In this document: one piece after another, positions 53,304 through 62,542 of the stretch
Layout of the letters: each line of letters begins with the position of its first letter
Numbering within the stretch: position 1 is the first letter of the stretch
Notes under the pieces: model-generated
Seen by the model: only the letters and a program-made list of their open reading frames with translations
Told to the model about the DNA's origin: nothing
Databases searched by the model: none
DNA from: Kiritimatiellia bacterium
GTDB taxonomy: Bacteria > Verrucomicrobiota > Kiritimatiellia > JAAZAB01
Length of the DNA stretch: 64,000 nt
Reading direction: 5' to 3'
NCBI GenBank assembly: GCA_040767085.1
Contig: JAXGPF010000007.1
Location: forward strand, 32,001-96,000
Translations under genes and position numbers: made by a program

Positions 53304-54423
53304 ATTAGGGTCACGTCTAAATTTGTAATATTTTCAGCACTTTACGGCAGGCTGTATTGACATCTTTGTCAATCTCGCGTTGGGCTTCCAAGCGTCGCAC
53401 CGCTTCACCAACTGCAGCATAATCCAGGCCGCCCACCGCCGCGCCAAGTTCATGATAGGTCAGCCCGGTGCAAGCCCGCGCCGCCCATAATGCCACATCC
53501 GCCCCCAATCGCCATGCCGGTTGACAAAGACCGCCCACTTTTCCTGCTTCACCGTTTCAACCGTTTTAACCACCTCCGCAAAACTACGTAAGCCGCGTAA
53601 AGCACGCTTCGCCGGCCACTCCCGGCATAACGGTTTAGCTCCTTGCTTTATAGCCTGAAAATATCCTTCGGCGCCAACCGCCAAATTGCTTCGCAAGCGC
53701 TCGGCCCAGTTCTCGGCATAGCCACCCTGACCATATCGCTCAAGTTCCGCACGATACCGCCGCCACCGCTCCGCCCCACGACCGCCTGCTCTTTTCAAAA
53801 TCGCTTCCTGATGCAACCAGTCCGGGCCGCGGTTATAACCGGCAAAGGCACAATATGAACTCCACGCATGCTCCCGTAACACCTTCAGCCGTGAAGCCAC
53901 CTCGGTGGCACTAGCCGCCTGCTTCAACCCTAACCCTTCAAGACGCCGCCCGTGTTTATCCAGCCCCAGCCATTTCACACGCACCGGATTCAAATGCACA
54001 TACTGGCTCAGCCGATAGAGCCACCCACCGCCCTCCACCGGCACACTCTTAAAGCGCCCCTGGAACAACGGCCCAACCCGGTCATGCCGCCGGTTAAACC
54101 AAATACTGTAGCTCACATTTAACCATTGCATCCCACGGCTTAGATTGCCCTCCGGCACGCGCAAAATTAAATGATAGTGATTGTCCATCAGCACATAACC
54201 ATGCACTTCAAACGCATAGCGCTGGCTAACCTTTGCAAGCAACCCCATAAGATGCTCGTAATCGCCCTGGTCGCAAAAGATCCCCGCGCGATTAATCCCG
54301 CGGTTCACCACGTGATACCACCCGCCTGCGTGTTGCAATCGAAGTGCTCTAGCCATGTTTAGATGCCAACATAATCCGTAATTCTTGTCAAGTATTTATT
54401 ACTTATTTAGACATGACCCCAAT
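53304..54423 (-). mobile_element. HUH/Y1 (RAYT-like) element with short terminal inverted repeats
   Basis: ATTAGGGTCACGTCTAAAT (53304-53322) / ATTTAGACATGACCCCAAT (54405-54423), 17/19 inverted match, tightly bracketing the gene. Confidence 0.75.
53317..54356 (-). pseudogene. Y1 HUH transposase (RAYT-like) with C-terminal HTH; 1-bp frameshift near 53500
   Basis: MAR.LR...YHVVNRG, MDNHYHL (HUH), FQGRFKS, YVHLNP, WSSY; ACATCC here versus ACATCCC in the second copy; C terminus in ORF 53317-53538. Confidence 0.85.
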
Positions 54424-54443
54424 TCTTTTACCAAATATATTCC

Positions 54444-55816
54444 TGTTCGTAACAAGTCAAGTGTCCGCTTTTGTAACAAGTGATCTGGGTCTGATTTGTT
54501 ATTGTGTTGTTGCTCCTGGGGTGAGGATTTTCCTCCCCCGCGGGGAAGAAAAAGTGGCTTATGCGACGTCCTCAGCGACGCCAAGATGTTCAACGGTCCT
54601 GGTAGCGCCAACCACATGCGGGCCATAACGGATGGACACCGTGCCATCGAGGTGCTCGCAGACTTTAACCCGGCACTTGGCGAAGCTGAAACGCCATTTG
54701 ATGGTCCAATCTGCAAGCGGCGACTCCCGACAGCCACGGTATTGTCATTTTGAACCTCGCGCATGCTGCACACAGAAAATGCTGTCCAAATCCCTGCTCA
54801 CCGCAAGGCACGAAACACGTTCCTGTTTCCCGCGCCTTCACCTTCATGTTGCGATTGGAAGGAAAGCAGAAACTGTTGTTGAATATAGACGTTGGCCTCG
54901 GCCATCGTCCGGATTCCCGCCTGCCTTAATTCGCGGTATGCCCTTGCCAGGTCTTAAACATCCGCTCTATTCGCCCACGTCCCTGGGGGCTATAGCTCGG
55001 AATATGTTCGATCCCCAACTGTTGCAACGCCCGTCCAATTTGCGTCAATTGACGCCGGTCCAACCGCCCCGCCTTCTTTGGGCGTATAAAGAAATGACTG
55101 CCACGATCCGTGTACAGACTGCAGAAACCCCATGTTTAATAATGACTTCTTTCAACCCCTTCATCACCGTTAATGTCCCTTCCTGGGTACAAGATAGGCC
55201 GTGTAGACTTCGCTGGTGGCATCGTCCATCACCAGGATCGGATCCTGCTTCTGGTCTGGCCAGCAGGGGCAACCAGGCATGGGTGCTGCCACCATCAACA
55301 TCATCCCCGCCATTTGTCGCCGTTCGGCTGCTGCTGCCGATGCGGCCCTCGTTTCCGGGCCTTCGCTACCAACCCGGCCGTCTGCAAGGCGCTCTGACCC
55401 ACTGATAACTGAGCTCGATCCCATGCTCCGCCTGCAGCTTCTCGTGAAAATGCCTCACATTGAAATCCATGTATTCTTCTCGTACAACCTCAGCACCTGC
55501 TTCACCGTCGCAAGGAGCACGCGCCGCAGCACCGGTATCTTCCGCCGACGATCCAGCAGCCCGTCGGAACCATACCGCTCGTAGCGCCCTTCCAGCGCCT
55601 CGCATGGTCCGGTAGCTCACACCTAGTATCTCCGCCGCCTCCCACCACATTAACCGCCCTTCAATCGCACGCAAGATCACTTCCTGTACACCATTGCCCG
55701 CTCCAGCGGCTGCCTTCGGATATTCATCCATATATTACCCCTTTGAATGCACCATCTGACAGCTTTAAGCGGACAACCATTTGTTAATTATGCGGCCAAG
55801 TCATTTGTTTACGACA
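54444..55816 (-). mobile_element. Second, frameshifted copy of the IS1202-type element
   Basis: Full-length reverse-complement copy of 43634-45019 with many small indels; imperfect flanking repeat TTACCAAATATATTCC / TTACCCAAATACGTGTTCC. Confidence 0.9.
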
Positions 55817-55837
55817 TTACCCAAATACGTGTTCCGC

Positions 55838-55913
55838 TTGACATTTGTTCCAATCATGCTAAATGAATTTCAGTAGTAATTTCGCAGGTTAGTCTAATAC
55901 TACTGTTGGAGTC
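55838..55913 (+). promoter_or_regulatory. Candidate cassette promoter and attI-like site
   Basis: TTGACA at 55838-55843; GTCTAATACTACT followed by core GTTGGAG (55905-55911) immediately before the ATG. Confidence 0.45.
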
Positions 55914-56324
55914 ATGAAGAAACGCAGGACACTCCTGACGATCGCAATCACCGCAGTGCTCTGCTTTGCTGCCGTTCCTATCGCAAGATACCTTCATGCA
56001 TTCCACCACTGGAGCCGAAAGTACAATCAGGCAGAGCGCCTCGTGCCAATCGTGTGGCCAATGTCTTCCGACATTCAGGAGTTCAGCCAAGATCGTGCGG
56101 CGTTCCCAGCATCTTTGGAGGAGCTTGTGGCGTTTTCGGGGGCAACGCAGTGCCTGTCCCTCGCTCGGTTCCCGCACGAGTTCTCCACAGGAACGGGCGT
56201 AGTGTTTCGCATCATGGTAAATGACATGTTCGGGTTCACAGTCAGTGCAGACGGGCGACCAGACTGGATCTGGCCACCTGATGGAATATGGACTCCAACA
56301 ACCGGCGGAACCGTACGCCGCTAA
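55914..56324 (+). CDS. Hypothetical membrane-anchored protein carried as an integron-type gene cassette
   Basis: 136 aa with N-terminal TM; ATG 9 bp after the GTT core; stop lies inside the attC. Confidence 0.7.
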   Translation: MKKRRTLLTIAITAVLCFAAVPIARYLHAFHHWSRKYNQAERLVPIVWPMSSDIQEFSQDRAAFPASLEELVAFSGATQCLSLARFPHEFSTGTGVVFRIMVNDMFGFTVSADGRPDWIWPPDGIWTPTTGGTVRR

Positions 56325-56353
56325 CGCGCCGCCGGTTCGCCGGGGCGTTGGGA
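56293..56353 (+). other. attC recombination site (61 bp)
   Basis: R'' CTCCAAC, 5-nt spacer, L'' GCGGAACC (one extra G), central region, L' GGTTCGC, 6-nt spacer, R' GTTGGGA; GACTCCAAC is the exact reverse complement of the cassette start GTTGGAGTC. Confidence 0.75.
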
Positions 56354-56359
56354 GTCACG

Positions 56360-56405
56360 AGTAATTAGGGGAGTAATTAGTAATTAGGGTCACGTCTAAA
56401 TTTGT
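56360..56405. repeat. Second ladder of partial end duplications (12, 7, 27 bp)
   Basis: AGTAATTAGGGG / AGTAATT / AGTAATTAGGGTCACGTCTAAATTTGT preceding the full end at 56406. Confidence 0.8.
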
Positions 56406-56866
56406 AGTAATTAGGGTCACGTCTAAATTTGTAATATTTTAGCACTTTACGGCAGGCCGCATTGATATCTCGATCAATCTCGCGTTGGGCTTCCAAGCGT
56501 CGCACTGCTTCACCAACTGCAGCATAATCCAAGCCGCCCACCGCCGCGCCAAGTTCGTGATAGGTCAGCTCGGTGCAAGCCCGCGCCGCCCATAATGCCA
56601 CATCCCGCCCCCAATCGCCATGCCGGTTGACAAAGACCGCCCACTTTTCCTGCTTCACCGCTTCAACCGCTTTAACCACCACTGTAAAACTACGTAAGCC
56701 GCGTAAAGTACGTTTCGCCGGCCACTCCCGGCATAACGGTTTAGATCCTTGCTTTATAGCCTGAAAAAATTCTTCGGCGCCAACCGCCATATTGCTTCAC
56801 AAGCGCGCGGCCCAGTTCTCGGCATAGCCACTCCTGACATATCGCTCAAGTTCCGCACGATACCGC
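56406..56866 (-). pseudogene. Truncated second copy (3' part) of the Y1 transposase element
   Basis: Closely similar to 53304-53760; similarity stops abruptly at 56866. Confidence 0.85.
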
Positions 56867-56883
56867 TGGCATCCGGCCAGGCT

Positions 56884-58944
56884 TCACTGCCGCTGGATCA
56901 GGTAGTAAATGGACGGGAATGGCCCGCCCAGCGTAAACGAGATGGCGCCGTCTTGTACGGCGGCCGGCACCTTCCCGATCAGCGCGCCGGCGGTGTTAAC
57001 GGCGAATATTTTCAAGCCGCTGACCCGGGTGCCGATTTCCAGTTCCGCCTCGATCACCTCGACCTGGATCGGCCCATGACCGCGATTAAACTGAAGGGTA
57101 TGGTCGGCATTGTACTCGGCGCCGGTGTTGTCCGCCCGGCCCACGGCGGTCAGGAGCAGATTATCGGACTCCGCCACCGGGGCATCGGTGAGCGAACTCA
57201 GGGCAATCACGCCAAAATCCGTATGCACCTTGATTTTCATTCCGCGCAGGGCGATCGCGCCGGCCGCACCCAGGAAGCCGTATGCCGCCTTGGTGCGCGG
57301 CGTGTCAATCGTGGCATAGCGGCGGTCGAGATTGCGATACAGTTCGCCGGTATCGGAAACCAATTTCCGCAGGTTTTCCGGAACCAGCGGGCGGTCCAGC
57401 GGCGTTTGCAGCGGCGCGGAGGCAGAGTCGCCGGCAAAACGGATGCCGACCTTGCGGACTTCCGCGGCGCCGGCCAACGCCGGGACATCGCCGGCGCCCA
57501 GATGAACCTTGCCGGCCGGCGCGGGCGCGGCGGGATCGGGCAAATCCGGCAGCACGACTTCCGCCGGGTTGTCGGATTCGCGGACATCGCCGCGCCGCAG
57601 CAACAGCGCGGCGTGGTAAAACAAGCCGAATTTAGCAGGATCGTTAAACGTGTCGAACACCCCTCCGCGGTACGGGACGCCGGCCAGCGCATCGGAAGTG
57701 ATGGGCGCGGCAATCTGGTCCACATGTTCCCGGCAATCATAGCGGTAGGTGTGGATCGCGGCGCCCGCCCAGCCCTGCAACGCGGCAACCGCGGCCAGAT
57801 AGAGCGGGCTTTCGGCGCGCCATTCGTTGGGCCAGGGATCGTCCCACTCGGAAACGAAGAAAGGGCGGTCCAGGAACCGGCAGAAAGTCAGCCCGCGGAA
57901 CCACGGGGCACGCTCCCCCAGCATGCTGCGGTTCCGAAAACGTTTTTCCGCCGGACGCCACACCCCCCATTCATACCAGTAGGTATGGCCATCGGTGAAA
58001 TCCGCCGTGCGCTGGGCGGCCATCAAAGGCGCCCCGCCGGCGGCCCAGTTGGTGCCGGCGATGGGAATCCGCACGCCCAATTCCCGCAGATGCCGGATCA
58101 TGCCGGCGTAATATTCCCGCTGGATTTCCACCAGGAAGGCCAGCATGGCCGGCGCGCCGGAGGTAAAATCCAGCGGATCCGCCGCCGGCGGCAAGCCCCG
58201 GCCTTCCTCCCAGGCGCGGTAACGCTGCGCCAACTGCGAGCGGTATGGTTCCACCAGGTTCTGCATGCAGGCCCGGTTTAAAATCTCGTTTTCATTGGCG
58301 ATTTCCGTCATAACGATGGCCGGATCGTCCTTGAAGGCCAGGCTGGTATAGGGATTGACATGCGTCCAGATTTGCGCGTTAAATTCGCGCTGGAGTTCGA
58401 TCAGGCGCGGATCGAAATTGGAATACGGCCGGGCGGCCGCCGGCAACTGGTCGGCCGCCGGCACGCCATCGCCGCTGCGGAAAGTCCGGTAGGTCAGCAG
58501 GTCCAGATAAATGTAGATTCCCTCGTTTTTCAAACAATGGACAAGGTAATCCAGGCGGTCGAGACTTTCCGGATCAAGCCGCCGGGTATTTTCCAGGCGG
58601 GCGCCCTTGGTGAATTGAAAAATATTCGGCGTGGACCATTCGCCGTCCAACTGGTGAAAACGCACCAGGTTGACACCGAACCGCGCCAGGCGCCGGGCCA
58701 CGATTTCGCTGTGAGCATGGGTGGGGAAATTGGCGGCGCTGTTGAAATTGACGCCCCAAAAACGGCCGGGAGCGCCATCCTCGAAAACGAACCGGCCGCC
58801 GCGCGCTTGCAGAAAGCCATGGCGGCCTGCGGGCTTTTCGCCGGCGAACACGAACGACAAGTCAACCGGCGCATTGTCCCACGGCAGGGTAAAGTCGATC
58901 ACACGGCGGGATTCGGTTTGCATGTTATTCCTCATTGGGGGCAT
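56884..58944 (-). CDS. Clan GH-A (GH5-like) glycoside hydrolase; start may be 58923 or 58935
   Basis: RFWGVN, GVNLVRFH, HVNPYT, EIANENE acid/base, FVSEW nucleophile. Confidence 0.8.
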   Translation of the reverse strand: MPPMRNNMQTESRRVIDFTLPWDNAPVDLSFVFAGEKPAGRHGFLQARGGRFVFEDGAPGRFWGVNFNSAANFPTHAHSEIVARRLARFGVNLVRFHQLDGEWSTPNIFQFTKGARLENTRRLDPESLDRLDYLVHCLKNEGIYIYLDLLTYRTFRSGDGVPAADQLPAAARPYSNFDPRLIELQREFNAQIWTHVNPYTSLAFKDDPAIVMTEIANENEILNRACMQNLVEPYRSQLAQRYRAWEEGRGLPPAADPLDFTSGAPAMLAFLVEIQREYYAGMIRHLRELGVRIPIAGTNWAAGGAPLMAAQRTADFTDGHTYWYEWGVWRPAEKRFRNRSMLGERAPWFRGLTFCRFLDRPFFVSEWDDPWPNEWRAESPLYLAAVAALQGWAGAAIHTYRYDCREHVDQIAAPITSDALAGVPYRGGVFDTFNDPAKFGLFYHAALLLRRGDVRESDNPAEVVLPDLPDPAAPAPAGKVHLGAGDVPALAGAAEVRKVGIRFAGDSASAPLQTPLDRPLVPENLRKLVSDTGELYRNLDRRYATIDTPRTKAAYGFLGAAGAIALRGMKIKVHTDFGVIALSSLTDAPVAESDNLLLTAVGRADNTGAEYNADHTLQFNRGHGPIQVEVIEAELEIGTRVSGLKIFAVNTAGALIGKVPAAVQDGAISFTLGGPFPSIYYLIQRQ

Positions 58945-59120
58945 AGGGATCAGACATTGTTACGCACTGAGTGCCGGGCATGATTTTGCCGGAAGAGGGC
59001 AAGGCGGACAAAGCCTACAACCCCGGGAAACCGCAGATTGCCGAATGATGATGTCCAAATTACAGGGCATATCCTTTGTTTCCTTCGATATTCTGCGGTT
59101 TATTATCCGTCAATTTGCAG

Positions 59121-60251
59121 TTAACTTTTCTTGCTTTTAACGGCAGTACTTCCCTGATAAGGCAATTCCCCGGCATCCGCACCCGCCGGGAAGACGGCCG
59201 GCGGCGGCTCCGCCGGCAAGTTAAACTGCTCGGCCAACCACTGGTAAGCCATCTGCATGGCGTCCGGCGGCGGACGATGCCCGGCGGCATGGTAGAGGAA
59301 TCCCAAGGACTCAGGCTGTCCGTAAAGCGCATACACGGGCCGGGCGGCGGACAGATACTGGCGGCTTTCCGGCTTGTCATATTCGCCGCCAACCAGCAAA
59401 AAGGCCCGCGGCGCCATCAATGCCAGCAGGTGGTGGTTGCCCCAGCGGAATCCCGGAGTCCGCACCTGGGGACCGTAATACCACGGCGCATCCCAGTTGC
59501 TGAAATCCCATCCCATGCCGAAATCCGAGCCGATGACCGCCTTGACCCGGTCATCCAGGACGCCGGCGGTAAAGGCCATTTTTCCGCCCAGTGAATGCCC
59601 CACTGCGGCAATGCGGTTAAGGTCCATGCACGGCTGCGCCAGTAAAAGATCCACCGCCCGCATGACATCGGCGGTCAGTTTGCCGATGCCGGTCCAGTGC
59701 GGATGATCCGCCAACAATTTATCCGCCGCCGCCTGCCACCAGGCAAATCCCTGGTTGGGTTGCGGCTCCGGCACGGTATTAAAAGGGAAGGCTTCGCAGC
59801 ACACCACCACATACCCCTGCTCCGCCAGGCAGCGGCCGAATTGCATGTGTGGCAGTTCGGTAATGGGCGCTTTGAGCTTCAAATTATAGCCCATCATGGC
59901 ATCCGGATGGTAAAATGGCACGATGGCGCCCGGGCGGTAAGCATACCGCGCCTCCCGCGGTTCCAGCACTACGGCCAGTTGTGTGGCATTGGGTCCGGTC
60001 TGCTGACGGTATACTTTGCCCGTATAAGCCGGCGCCTCGAAGGTTTCCAGGAGCACATCGCGACGATCGAACCAGGTGTATTCCGGCCGGCCCATGATGG
60101 CGCCCCAAGCCTCGCGGATGGAGGCGCGCGCGTAGTTCCAATCGCGGATATCGGCGGGCATGCCGCCGGGGTAAATCGGCGCCAGGTTTTGGGGCGACCC
60201 CATGTCCGCCGCCGCCCAATCCGCCAGCCTTGCCGCAGTGGTATCGCTCAT
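59121..60251 (-). CDS. Alpha/beta hydrolase (dienelactone hydrolase/esterase-like)
   Basis: GHSLGG nucleophile elbow, LMAPRAFL, GEYD, GH; GGAGG RBS. Confidence 0.85.
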   Translation of the reverse strand: MSDTTAARLADWAAADMGSPQNLAPIYPGGMPADIRDWNYARASIREAWGAIMGRPEYTWFDRRDVLLETFEAPAYTGKVYRQQTGPNATQLAVVLEPREARYAYRPGAIVPFYHPDAMMGYNLKLKAPITELPHMQFGRCLAEQGYVVVCCEAFPFNTVPEPQPNQGFAWWQAAADKLLADHPHWTGIGKLTADVMRAVDLLLAQPCMDLNRIAAVGHSLGGKMAFTAGVLDDRVKAVIGSDFGMGWDFSNWDAPWYYGPQVRTPGFRWGNHHLLALMAPRAFLLVGGEYDKPESRQYLSAARPVYALYGQPESLGFLYHAAGHRPPPDAMQMAYQWLAEQFNLPAEPPPAVFPAGADAGELPYQGSTAVKSKKS

Positions 60252-60509
60252 TTTCCTCCGCAATCCACGCGCCCCCGCCACCGCGGCGAGCCCGCTCATA
60301 TTTTAACGTAATTCGACGCCAGTAATGCGTAAATACTACGCCTTCCCCGCACAAAGTCAAGATGCCGGGCGTTTCCTACTCTTGCCTGGCGCAAGTCAAT
60401 GTCCCCAGGGATTGCCGCCACTCTTTCGCGGCGAAGCCTTTTCGGACTGCGGCGGCCGGCACGCAGTTCCGGCGTGACATATCGCGGCCTTCGTGTTATG
60501 AATCCTGCC

Positions 60510-61607
60510 ATGAATACACGCGAAAGGTTCGTTAAAACGCTGCTGGGCGAGAAAGTTGACCGCGTCCCTTTCATGAAAGTCTTCGGCGGGGCCAACGCCA
60601 TCCTGCCCGGCTGGGAAAAGGAATATCCCGGCATCGGGAAGTGCATTGATCAGTTGCTCGAATTTGAAGGCGCCCACCGCGGCTGGGGTGTCACCAAGGT
60701 GAACATGGACCCCGCCAACCTCGGCAAGCCGGTAGTGCTCCAGGAGTCCGGCAACATCAAGGTGCAGCGCCGGGGCGACGGCACCATTGAGCAGGTGCAC
60801 AAGGGCGGCGACTACCGCCGCCATACGCTGGAGTGGCCCGTCAAGGCCATGGCCGACTGGGAGGCCTATAAATCCCGGCATCTCGACCCGGACGATCCGT
60901 CCCGCTTCCCGGCGGACTGGCCCCAGCGCGTCCAGGAATACCAGCGCCGGGATTATCCCCTGCAACTCACCCACCGCGGGGTATATGGTTTCGCGCGCGA
61001 GCGCATGGGAGACGAGAACCTGGCCCTGGCGTTTTACGATGCGCCGGAGCTGGTGCACGCGATCATGGAAGACTACACCGATATAGCCATCCGGATTTGG
61101 GAGAAACAGGTTGCCGATGTTGAATTCGACCTGATCGAGTGCTGGGAGGACATGGCCTCGAAGAATGGCGCGCTGATCTCGCCCCGGATGTTCCGCGAAT
61201 TCATGGCGCCGTGTTACCGGCGCATCGCGGATTTTGCCCGGCAGCACGGCATCAAGGTCATCCTGGTTGATTCGGATGGCCTGGTCGAAGAACTCACCGG
61301 CCTGATGCTCGAAGCCGGTGTGACGGCGCTTTACCCTTACGAGGTCATGGCTGGCAACGATGTCGGACGGGTGCTCAAGCGTTATCCCCAAGTCGGCGTT
61401 ATCGGCGGCTTGCGGAAGGAAGCGATGTACGAGGGGCGGGCGGCGATTGACCGGGAAATGGAGAAGGCGCGGGCATGGATCAAGCAAGGCCGCTACATTC
61501 CCGGCCCGGACCATTTTGTCCTGGAACTGGCCAGTTTCGCCAACTACCGCTATTTCATGGAAAGCCTGCGGGAAGTCATCATGACCACGGAACCAGGCGG
61601 CGCATAA
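60510..61607 (+). CDS. Uroporphyrinogen decarboxylase/MtaA-like family protein
   Basis: MNTRERF, WEDMASKNG, VDSDG, GRYIPGPDH. Confidence 0.8.
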   Translation: MNTRERFVKTLLGEKVDRVPFMKVFGGANAILPGWEKEYPGIGKCIDQLLEFEGAHRGWGVTKVNMDPANLGKPVVLQESGNIKVQRRGDGTIEQVHKGGDYRRHTLEWPVKAMADWEAYKSRHLDPDDPSRFPADWPQRVQEYQRRDYPLQLTHRGVYGFARERMGDENLALAFYDAPELVHAIMEDYTDIAIRIWEKQVADVEFDLIECWEDMASKNGALISPRMFREFMAPCYRRIADFARQHGIKVILVDSDGLVEELTGLMLEAGVTALYPYEVMAGNDVGRVLKRYPQVGVIGGLRKEAMYEGRAAIDREMEKARAWIKQGRYIPGPDHFVLELASFANYRYFMESLREVIMTTEPGGA

Positions 61608-61636
61608 CGACGGCGCGGCCGGGCAAGGAAATTGAC

Positions 61637-62521
61637 ATGTTCATTGACGCGCACCTGCATACCGTCCGGCGCAAGGGATTGCCGCGCAACGCGGCCGGAT
61701 CGAATTTTGCGACGCCGGCGGAACTGATTGTCATGATGGACCGCACCGGCGTGGACAAGGGCATCCTCCTGCCTCAGGCCAGCCCGGAATGCAATTACCA
61801 AGCCTCCACAACTGAAGATATCCTGGAAATCTGCGAGCAATATCCTGGCCGGTTTTACCCGTTCTGCAACGTGGATCCCCGGGCGGGCAAGAATTCCCCG
61901 GACACCGATCTCTCCTTCCACCTGAATTACTACAAAGGCCGCGGCTGCCGGGGCGTGGGCGAAATCACCGCCAACCTTGAATTCGGCGATCCGCTGGTGC
62001 AGAACCTGTTCCGGCACTGCGAACGCTGCGACATGCCGGTGCTGTTTCACATTGCCCCAAAACGCTACGGCTGTTACGGACTGATTGATACCCCCGGCCT
62101 GCCCGGACTCGCGGCATCCCTGGCGGCGTTCCCGAACCTGGCATTCATCGGGCATTCCCAGCCTTTCTGGGCCGAAATCAGCGGCGATGTGGCCGCGGAA
62201 AGCCGCAACACTTATCCCAATGGCCCGGTGGCGCCGGGCGGCGTCCTGCCCGAGCTGATGGAACTATACCCGAACTTGTACTGCGGCTGGGATGCCGGCA
62301 GCGGCTATAACGGCCTCACCCGCGACCCGGAATTCGGCTGGGCCTTCATGGAGCGCTTCAGCGCGCGCATCCTGTTCGGCACGGACATCTGCGACCCGTC
62401 CAACAATCACCGGCATGCGGAATACCTGCGCCAATCGCGCGCCGCCGGCCGCATTTCCGCGGACGCCTTCGAAAACATCAGTTGGCGCACCGTGAATCGC
62501 CTTTTAAAACTCGGATTGTAA
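61637..62521 (+). CDS. Amidohydrolase (Amidohydro_2-like)
   Basis: IDAHLH, GVGE, VLFH, FIGH, LFGTD. Confidence 0.85.
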   Translation: MFIDAHLHTVRRKGLPRNAAGSNFATPAELIVMMDRTGVDKGILLPQASPECNYQASTTEDILEICEQYPGRFYPFCNVDPRAGKNSPDTDLSFHLNYYKGRGCRGVGEITANLEFGDPLVQNLFRHCERCDMPVLFHIAPKRYGCYGLIDTPGLPGLAASLAAFPNLAFIGHSQPFWAEISGDVAAESRNTYPNGPVAPGGVLPELMELYPNLYCGWDAGSGYNGLTRDPEFGWAFMERFSARILFGTDICDPSNNHRHAEYLRQSRAAGRISADAFENISWRTVNRLLKLGL

Positions 62522-62542
62522 ATCCGCCCGGGGGAACATGCT

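Noticed and set aside
53184-53360. Possible CRISPR array
   Set aside because: Units vary in length and the intervening sequence is a continuation of the same element end rather than unique spacers; no cas genes in the window
59029-59100. AACCGCAGA...TCTGCGGTT inverted repeat
   Set aside because: Short, single occurrence here; too little evidence to call an element
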